Source: Nitrospinota bacterium (GTDB lineage: Bacteria; Nitrospinota_A; UBA7883; JACRLM01). From it: DNA of 64,000 nt. Within the stretch, counting starts at the first letter, position 1. Every line of letters starts with the position of its first letter. Of the stretch, positions 57,190 through 64,000 are shown in pieces. The notes beneath the pieces are model-generated. The model had not been told where the DNA came from. It ran no database searches and saw nothing but the letters and a program-made list of their open reading frames with translations. The stretch spans positions 2,013,941 to 2,077,940 of the forward strand of contig JACQXA010000004.1 of the NCBI GenBank assembly GCA_016208975.1, read 5' to 3'. The position numbers were made by a program, and so were the translations under genes.

Positions 57190-58608
57190 TCACTCCTCGG
57201 CCTTGATATGGTATTCCCCGATCTTTTTCATAAGCGTGTTCCGGTTCACGCCCAAAAGCTTTGCCGCGTGGGTCTGCACGCCATCGGCCTTCTTTAGCGC
57301 GTGTTCTATAAGCGTCTTCTCCACAAGGCTTATCACGGTGTCGTAAACCTGGCCTTCCGGGGCGGATTCCATAAGTTCCATGGTGAGCCGCGAAAGGCTC
57401 TCTTCCGGTTTCCTGCCATCCTTGGCGCCGGTGATCTCCGGCGGCAGGTCTTCCACGGTGATGGTGTCTCCGGGGGCCATCAGGGCGCCCCGGCGGATGA
57501 CGTTTTCAAGCTCCCTCACGTTTCCGGGCCAGTTGTAGCGCGTAAGGGCATCCATGGCCGCCGGGGCCAGCATCTTCTGTTTTTCGTTAAAGGTGCGGGC
57601 TATCTTGGACAAAAAATGCCTGGCCAGCGCCGGTATGTCCGGTAGCCGCTCAGACAGGGGAGGCAGGGCTATCCGCACAACGTTGAGACGGTGGTACAGG
57701 TCTTCACGGAACTTCCCCTCGGCCACTTCCGTGGCCAGGTTCCTGTTGGTGGAGGCTATCACCCTTACATCTATTTTTACGGGGCGCGTGGCGCCTACCG
57801 GGTAAAACTCCCGCTCCTGCAGTACCCGTAGCATCTTGGCCTGGAGAGACAGGGGCATCTCCCCCACCTCGTCCAGCAGGATGGCCCCGCCGTTTGCGGC
57901 CAGGAATTTCCCTTTTTGATCTTCCACCGCGCCGGTGAATGCCCCTTTAACATGGCCGAAAAGCTCCGACTCCAGAAGGTCGTGAGGGATGGCCGCGCAG
58001 TTTACCGTGATGAACGGCTCCCGCGCCCGGGCCGAGTTTTGATGGAGCGCCCTGGCCACCAGTTCCTTACCGGAGCCGGTGGGGCCGGTGATTAATACCG
58101 TGGCGTCGGAATTGGCCGCCCGGCCGATAAGCTTGAACACGTCCTGCATGGAAGGAGCCCGGCCGATTATTTCGTCCGGCGACGATTTTACCGGCTCCGC
58201 GGACTTTAGCTGGGCCAGCTCCCCGGCCATTTTGCGATACTCGCCCACCCTCTGGGCCAGCAGGGCAACCTCGTTCAGGTCGAAAGGTTTCGTCAAGTAA
58301 TCGAACGCCCCTTTCTGCATGGCCTCTATGGCGTTTTTCATGGTGGCCTCGGCGGTCATCACCACCACAGACGGGGCGTTGGGCCGCCGCTTGATGCTCT
58401 CCAGCAGGTCCAACCCCGAGCCGTCTGGCATCATAATGTCCACAAAGGCCAGGAAATAGGGATATTCGTTGAGAAATTCACCGGCTTCGGCCACGGTGGA
58501 GGCGGCGTCCACCACGTATCCTTTGCGGGTCAACCCACGGGAAAGCACGAAACGCAGACTGCTTTCGTCGTCCACCACCAGTATCCGGTTAAACTTTTCT
58601 TCAGCCAT
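57190..58608 (-). CDS. NtrC-family sigma54-dependent response regulator
   Basis: REC (ILVVDDE, DIMMPD), GPTGSGKE, GAFTGA, WPGNVREL, Fis HTH. Confidence 0.93.
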   Translation of the reverse strand: MAEEKFNRILVVDDESSLRFVLSRGLTRKGYVVDAASTVAEAGEFLNEYPYFLAFVDIMMPDGSGLDLLESIKRRPNAPSVVVMTAEATMKNAIEAMQKGAFDYLTKPFDLNEVALLAQRVGEYRKMAGELAQLKSAEPVKSSPDEIIGRAPSMQDVFKLIGRAANSDATVLITGPTGSGKELVARALHQNSARAREPFITVNCAAIPHDLLESELFGHVKGAFTGAVEDQKGKFLAANGGAILLDEVGEMPLSLQAKMLRVLQEREFYPVGATRPVKIDVRVIASTNRNLATEVAEGKFREDLYHRLNVVRIALPPLSERLPDIPALARHFLSKIARTFNEKQKMLAPAAMDALTRYNWPGNVRELENVIRRGALMAPGDTITVEDLPPEITGAKDGRKPEESLSRLTMELMESAPEGQVYDTVISLVEKTLIEHALKKADGVQTHAAKLLGVNRNTLMKKIGEYHIKAEE

Positions 58609-58715
58609 AATCAAAAAGGTACAGGTTTCCAACTGTAAAATCAATTCCGTTAACATAACGGATAAGGTAGGATTTATGCCTTGGACAATCGTTAGTGTAG
58701 AGGTCATAACGCCAG

Positions 58716-59756
58716 ATGGACGATTCGGTAACGTATAAAACCGCCGGGGTGGACATAGACGCGGGCATGGAAAGCCTGCGCAGGATTAAAAAAGCCGCCG
58801 CCGCCACCCACAATACTTCCGTGCTTACCGGGCTGGGCTCTTTCGGCTCCCTTTTCGATATGGGAGCCACGCTGAAAGAATTTCAAGAGCCGGTGCTGGT
58901 GCAGAGCGTGGACGGGGTTGGCACAAAGCTTATGGTGGCCCGCATGATGGGCCGGTACGACACCGTGGGCGTTGACCTGGTGAACCACTGTTGCAACGAC
59001 ATTCTCTGCCAGGGCGCGCGGGGGCTTACGTTCCTGGACTACATAGCGGTGGACGTGCTGAAGCCGGAACAGATAGAAGCGCTTGTAACCGGCATGGCCA
59101 AAGCCTGCGCCGCCAACGGCGTGGCCCTGGTGGGAGGGGAGACGGCGGAGCTTCCTGGAGTTTATGCCGCAGGGGAGTATGACCTGGTGGGGCTTATCAC
59201 AGGGGTGGTTGATAAATCAAAAATAATCACCGGCAGGGACATAAAAAAAGGTGATGTGATAATCGGGCTTAAATCATCCGGCCTGCACACCAACGGCTAC
59301 ACCCTGGCCCGGAAAGTTTTATTCGACCGCATGGGATTTGGTGTGGACAGCCATCACCCCGAACTTGGAACGACGGTGGGGGAGGCCCTACTGGCTTCAC
59401 ATAGGGATTATTCCCGTCCTCTTCTTCCGGTTTTTGAAAAGCGCCGTGTGAAGGGTGTGGCCCACATCACCGGCGGCGGACTTATAGACAACGTGCCCAG
59501 GATTCTCCCATCCAATGTGGACGCGGTATTCAAAACCTCATCATGGACGGTTCCGGCGCTGTTCCGGCTCATAGCGCAGGGAGGGGCCGTTCCCAAGGAT
59601 GACATGTACCGCTCCACGAACATGGGGGTGGGGATAATACTGGTGGTCTCGCCCGAAGAAGCTTCCGCCGTGGCTGGCGACCTGAAAGATGCGGGGGAAG
59701 AGCCGATGTTCATCGGGGAGATAGCCGAGGGAAGCGGCGCGACCCGGCTTGAGTAA
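58716..59756 (+). CDS. purM: Phosphoribosylformylglycinamidine cyclo-ligase
   Basis: YKTAGVDI, DGVGTKL, GGETAELPG, SSGLHTNGY, AHITGGG. Confidence 0.96.
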   Translation: MDDSVTYKTAGVDIDAGMESLRRIKKAAAATHNTSVLTGLGSFGSLFDMGATLKEFQEPVLVQSVDGVGTKLMVARMMGRYDTVGVDLVNHCCNDILCQGARGLTFLDYIAVDVLKPEQIEALVTGMAKACAANGVALVGGETAELPGVYAAGEYDLVGLITGVVDKSKIITGRDIKKGDVIIGLKSSGLHTNGYTLARKVLFDRMGFGVDSHHPELGTTVGEALLASHRDYSRPLLPVFEKRRVKGVAHITGGGLIDNVPRILPSNVDAVFKTSSWTVPALFRLIAQGGAVPKDDMYRSTNMGVGIILVVSPEEASAVAGDLKDAGEEPMFIGEIAEGSGATRLE

Positions 59757-59764
59757 GGCCGTGA

Positions 59765-60391
59765 TCAGTCCTTCTTGGGGGCTGTCTCCATCATGTCCCG
59801 GAAGAACTTGACCATCTCCGGGTTGTCCCACTCCCGGGCGCCCTGGGCCTGAGCCACTACCAATCCATCAGGATTTACCACAAAAGTGGCGGGTATGCTG
59901 GTAACGCCATATTCCCTGGCCACATTGGCCGTGTCCATCAGCACACTGAACGACACACCCAATTCCTTCGCGAACTGGCGGATTTTAACGGGTTCGGCGT
60001 CGTCCAGGCTGATGGCCAGCATCACGAATGGGTCGTTCTTCATGGTCTGGTTCAGTTTTTCCATGAGCGGCATTTCCACAACGCAGGGGCCGCACCAGGA
60101 CGCCCAGAAATTAATGAACACCCATTTTCCCCTGAAGTCCGTTAAAGAAACGGACCTGCCGTTCACATCGCTAAGGGTGAACAGGGGGGCTGGAGGGTCT
60201 ATGACTTTCTCCGCCGGTTTGGCTTCCGACTCGGCCAGTAAAGCGTTCTCCACCCCTTGGCGCACATATGGCGTTCCGGCCACAACAGCTACCACCACGA
60301 ACAGGGCTAAAATACCAAGTATGGCGGCCAGACGCGGAGAACCCGGCAATTTGGGGGCTTTGAACGAAGGCAAGACTGATAACGCTTTCAA
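59765..60391 (-). CDS. TlpA/ResA-family thiol-disulfide oxidoreductase
   Basis: N-terminal TM helix, NFWASWCGPC..EMP, SIPATF. Confidence 0.9.
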   Translation of the reverse strand: MKALSVLPSFKAPKLPGSPRLAAILGILALFVVVAVVAGTPYVRQGVENALLAESEAKPAEKVIDPPAPLFTLSDVNGRSVSLTDFRGKWVFINFWASWCGPCVVEMPLMEKLNQTMKNDPFVMLAISLDDAEPVKIRQFAKELGVSFSVLMDTANVAREYGVTSIPATFVVNPDGLVVAQAQGAREWDNPEMVKFFRDMMETAPKKD

Positions 60392-60550
60392 ATACTCATA
60401 TATACTTGGAATTATATACGCTTGGGCCGCCTCCCAGTCAAACCCTAATTTGATTGACTGGCCTTTGGGGACGTGTTATAAAAACCAACTTGCCAATCGG
60501 CATGAGACGTTCCAAAGCGCCGGTGTGCGCCGCTACATAGAGGATAGTTT

Positions 60551-61723
60551 ATGAAAATCCACGAGTTCCAGGCAAAAGAAATACTGAGAAATTTCGGCGT
60601 CCCCACGCCCAAGGGCAAAGTTGCCACACGGGTTGAGGAGATTGACGCGATTGTGAGCGAACTGGGCCTGCCGGTGGTGGTAAAGGCCCAGATTCACGCC
60701 GGTGGCCGTGGCAAAGCTGGTGGAGTGAAACTGGCTAAAACCCTGGAAGACGCCCGTTCCATAGCCAAAGAGCTGATAGGCAAAACCCTGGTGACCCATC
60801 AGACCGGCCCTGAAGGCCGCGAGGTTAAAACACTTCTGGTGGAAGAGGGGATGACCATAGTAAGGGAGCTTTACATGGGCATAGTGGTGGATCGTGAAAC
60901 ATCGCGCCCCTGTTTCATGGTCTCCGAAGAGGGTGGTATGGAGATAGAGGAAGTGGCCGCCAAAACCCCCGAAAAGATAATGAAAGTATGGATAGACCCG
61001 GCGGTGGGCCTTATGCCCAGCCAGGCGCGGGACATGGCTTTCTTCCTGAACCTGCCGCAAGAAGTTTTCAAACCGGGGGTGGATTTCATCCTGAAACTTT
61101 ACAAGGCGTTCGAGGCTAAAGACTGCTCCATGGCCGAGATAAACCCCCTGGTCATCACCGGGGACAACCGGGTGCTAGCCCTGGACTGCAAGATGAATTT
61201 CGACGACAACGCCCTGTTCCGGCAGAAAGACGTGGTGGCCTACCGCGACCTCAACGAAGAGGCGGAGCTGGAGATAGAGGCTTCCAAGTATTCCCTCAAC
61301 TATATTAAGCTGGACGGCAACATAGGTTGCATGGTCAACGGCGCCGGGCTTGCCATGGCCACCATGGACATCATAAAGCTGGCCGGCGGCGAGCCCGCCA
61401 ACTTCCTGGACGTGGGCGGCGGCGCCACGGAGGAACAGATAGAGAACGCCTTCCGCATAATTTTGGCCGACCCGCACGTTAAGGGCATCTTCATAAACAT
61501 TTTCGGCGGCATCCTGCGGTGCGACAGGCTGGCCAACGGCGTGGTGAGCGCCGCCAGGAAGATAAACGTGTCGGCTCCGGTGGTTATCCGGATGGAAGGC
61601 ACCAACGTGGCCGAAGGGAAAAAGATACTGGAAGAGAGCGGGTTTAACTTCATAGTGGCCGAAGGGATGCGCGATGGCGCGGCGAAAGCCGTGGCCGCCA
61701 TCGGGGCCGCTGTTAACGCGTAG
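60551..61723 (+). CDS. sucC: Succinyl-CoA synthetase beta subunit
   Basis: [42 protein letters not shown]. Confidence 0.97.
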   Translation: MKIHEFQAKEILRNFGVPTPKGKVATRVEEIDAIVSELGLPVVVKAQIHAGGRGKAGGVKLAKTLEDARSIAKELIGKTLVTHQTGPEGREVKTLLVEEGMTIVRELYMGIVVDRETSRPCFMVSEEGGMEIEEVAAKTPEKIMKVWIDPAVGLMPSQARDMAFFLNLPQEVFKPGVDFILKLYKAFEAKDCSMAEINPLVITGDNRVLALDCKMNFDDNALFRQKDVVAYRDLNEEAELEIEASKYSLNYIKLDGNIGCMVNGAGLAMATMDIIKLAGGEPANFLDVGGGATEEQIENAFRIILADPHVKGIFINIFGGILRCDRLANGVVSAARKINVSAPVVIRMEGTNVAEGKKILEESGFNFIVAEGMRDGAAKAVAAIGAAVNA

Positions 61724-61731
61724 GTGTAAAA

Positions 61732-62607
61732 ATGAGCGTGCTGGTTGACGAGAACACAAAGCTTATAGTTCAGGGTATCACGGGCAAGGAGGGCTCCTTC
61801 CACGCCCTGGGATGCAAAAATTACGGCACCAACGTGGTTGGCGGCGTTACCCCCGGCAAGGAAGGGCAGGACATGGAGGGCATCCCGGTGTTCAACACCG
61901 TCCAGCGGGCGGTGGACGCCACCGGAGCCAACGCCACCATGATTTTCGTGCCGCCCCCATTCGCGGCGGACGCCATTTTCGAGGCGGCGGAGGCCGGTAT
62001 TAGCCTTATCGTGTGCATAACCGAGGGTATCCCGGTGTATGATATGATAAAAATAAAGCGTTACATGCAGGGGCGGAAGAACCGGCTTATCGGCCCCAAC
62101 TGTCCGGGAATAATCACCCCTGGCAAAGCCAAGATAGGCATCATGCCGGGTCACATACACAGGCCCGGTCCGGTGGGGGTCGTTTCCCGGTCCGGCACGC
62201 TTACCTACGAGGTGGTGGGCCAGCTTACGGCCTTGGGCATTGGCCAGTCCACTTGCATCGGAATCGGGGGAGACCCTGTTAACGGCACCAACTTCGTGGA
62301 CGCGCTGGAGTTGTTCAACAGCGACACTCAGACTAAAGCCATCTGCATGATTGGCGAAATCGGCGGTTCGGCTGAGGAAGAGGCCGCCGGGTACGTGAAA
62401 GCCAAGGTTAAAAAACCGGTTGTGGGTTTTATAGCCGGGCAAACCGCGCCCCCGGGTCGCAGAATGGGGCATGCCGGGGCGATAATTTCCGGCGGACACG
62501 GAACAGCGGAAGAGAAAATGAAGGTGATGGCCGCTTGTGGCGTCACCGTTTGCAAGTCCCCCGCGGATCTGGGCGAAACCATCAAGGGGGTTCTTGAATC
62601 CAACTAA
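61732..62607 (+). CDS. sucD: Succinyl-CoA synthetase alpha subunit
   Basis: [30 protein letters not shown]. Confidence 0.97.
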   Translation: MSVLVDENTKLIVQGITGKEGSFHALGCKNYGTNVVGGVTPGKEGQDMEGIPVFNTVQRAVDATGANATMIFVPPPFAADAIFEAAEAGISLIVCITEGIPVYDMIKIKRYMQGRKNRLIGPNCPGIITPGKAKIGIMPGHIHRPGPVGVVSRSGTLTYEVVGQLTALGIGQSTCIGIGGDPVNGTNFVDALELFNSDTQTKAICMIGEIGGSAEEEAAGYVKAKVKKPVVGFIAGQTAPPGRRMGHAGAIISGGHGTAEEKMKVMAACGVTVCKSPADLGETIKGVLESN

Positions 62608-62733
62608 GGGTCTTTATCATTGAGCGGTTGGGCCGCCACGGAAGCATCCGCCAAAAGCGGGGCGGATGTTGCCGCGGCGACCTTTCCGTTTGGAACACGG
62701 ACGCGTGAAAACGCGCTTTGAAAGGCAAGGACG

Positions 62734-64000
62734 GTGGCAGAAAAAAAGACTGATCTCATCATCAGGTTCGGCGGAGAGGGTGGCGAAGGCATCATCTCCT
62801 CCGGCGACATGGTGGCCCAGGCCGCGGTGCGCTCCGGTCTTGAGGTCCTGACATTCAAGACCTTCCCGGCGGAGATCAAGGGCGGCTACGCCATGTATCA
62901 AACCAGGTTCGCCCACGACAAGATTCTTTCCGAAGGCTCCGGGTTCGACGTTATGGTGGCCTTCAACCAGGAGGCGCTGGAGCTTAACAAGAAGTTCCTG
63001 AAGGAAGGCAACGCGCTCATTTACGACTACCCTGGCGGAGACATAACCGAGGAGCAGAACATCCCGGGCGTCCACTGCTATCCGGTCCCCATGAGCAAAA
63101 TATCAAAAGAGGACATCGGCAATTACCGCTCCAAGAACATGGTTTGCATGGGCGCGGTGGCGGAGCTTTTCTCCATATCCATGGAGCAGATCCGGGGTAC
63201 CATCCAGTCCAAGTTCGGCAAGAAGGGCGCCGACATCGTTGAGATGAACTTCAAGGCCCTGGACGCCGGGCGCGACCATGTGCGCTCCAACATCAAGAAG
63301 ACAGACTCTTACAAGATGGACTCGGGCAAGACCGCCGAGAACACCATAATAATTTCCGGTAACGACGCGGTGGGGCTGGGCGCTCTGATGGCCGGGGTCC
63401 AGTATTTCTCGGCCTATCCCATAACCCCCGCCACCGAGGTTGCCTATTTCCTGGCGCGCCACCTGCCAAAAGCCAACGGCAACCTGGTGCAGGCCGAGGA
63501 CGAAATAGCCTCTATCGCCAATGTTATCGGCGCCTCGTACGCGGGCTTGAAGGCCATGACGTCCACGTCGGGCCCCGGCCTGTCGCTGATGCAGGAGCTT
63601 ATCGGCATGGCCTCCATGATGGAGGTGCCGGTGGTGATATGCGACGTCCAGCGCGGCGGCCCTTCCACTGGCTTGCCGACCAAGCATGAGCAGTCGGACC
63701 TGTTCCTGGCGGCCCACGGCTGTCATGGCGACGCCCCCAGGGTGGTGTTAAGCCCCGAAGGGGTGGAAGATTGCGTGTACCTTACGGTGGAGGCTTTCAA
63801 TATCGCCGAAAAGTACCAGCTTCCGGTGATGGTCCTCTCCGACGGCTCACTGGGTTTCCGCACCGCTTCCATGAAGAAACCGGATCCTTCGAAACTGCGC
63901 CTGGTGACCCGCGAAAAGTACGAGGGCAACGGGGGCGATTTCAAACGGTACAAGCTTACCGAAAGCGGGGTTTCGCCAATGTCCATCCCCGGCACGCCCG
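62734..64000 (+). CDS. korA: 2-oxoglutarate:ferredoxin oxidoreductase alpha subunit (fused gamma-alpha), 3'-truncated, absent from the ORF track
   Basis: GTG start, MAEKKTDLIIRFGGEGGEGII, FPAEIKGG, YPITPAT, QAEDEIAS, TSGPG, QRGGPSTGLPTK. Confidence 0.9.
   Translation, partial: MAEKKTDLIIRFGGEGGEGIISSGDMVAQAAVRSGLEVLTFKTFPAEIKGGYAMYQTRFAHDKILSEGSGFDVMVAFNQEALELNKKFLKEGNALIYDYPGGDITEEQNIPGVHCYPVPMSKISKEDIGNYRSKNMVCMGAVAELFSISMEQIRGTIQSKFGKKGADIVEMNFKALDAGRDHVRSNIKKTDSYKMDSGKTAENTIIISGNDAVGLGALMAGVQYFSAYPITPATEVAYFLARHLPKANGNLVQAEDEIASIANVIGASYAGLKAMTSTSGPGLSLMQELIGMASMMEVPVVICDVQRGGPSTGLPTKHEQSDLFLAAHGCHGDAPRVVLSPEGVEDCVYLTVEAFNIAEKYQLPVMVLSDGSLGFRTASMKKPDPSKLRLVTREKYEGNGGDFKRYKLTESGVSPMSIPGTP

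Noticed and set aside
58609..58707. Upstream extensions of ORFs (NtrC-like; also coaE, uvrC, TPR, trmFO)
   Set aside because: Non-homologous leaders; downstream starts match domain boundaries or RBSs

Overview
Bacterial chromosome segment, mostly housekeeping and energy metabolism, with no CRISPR array, prophage or integrase visible. It carries an A2-type aa3 oxidase cluster (coxC-sco-coxB-coxA-ctaA-ctaB), a DsrC/TusE-like protein, an NsrR-like regulator with pirin, a Ser/Thr kinase-TPR protein, and tRNA-Arg(GCG). Further on are a GH57/DUF4912 alpha-glucan cluster, a 7-PAS hybrid kinase, prfB with its +1 frameshift, tRNA-Thr(CGT), and a reduced alternative complex III operon (actA-B1-B2-C-D-E). 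The right half holds an IS630 relic beside a REP-like palindrome mosaic, uvrC, a CHASE2 adenylate cyclase, an NtrC-like/glnE/dprA/topA/trmFO run, purM, sucCD, and a 2-oxoglutarate:ferredoxin oxidoreductase alpha gene running off the window. The gene set fits a microaerobic, possibly sulfur-oxidising rTCA chemolithotroph (Nitrospinota-like is an unverified guess). The best candidate for something undescribed is a ~144-nt structured, sigma54-driven small RNA (29023-29166, minus) with an anti-Shine-Dalgarno sequence in its terminator loop. Also notable are the rare tRNA-Arg(GCG), a 150-bp MITE that has replaced a protein C-terminus, and the FS0-retaining, ActF-less ACIII. All calls come from reading motifs by eye; no searches were run.
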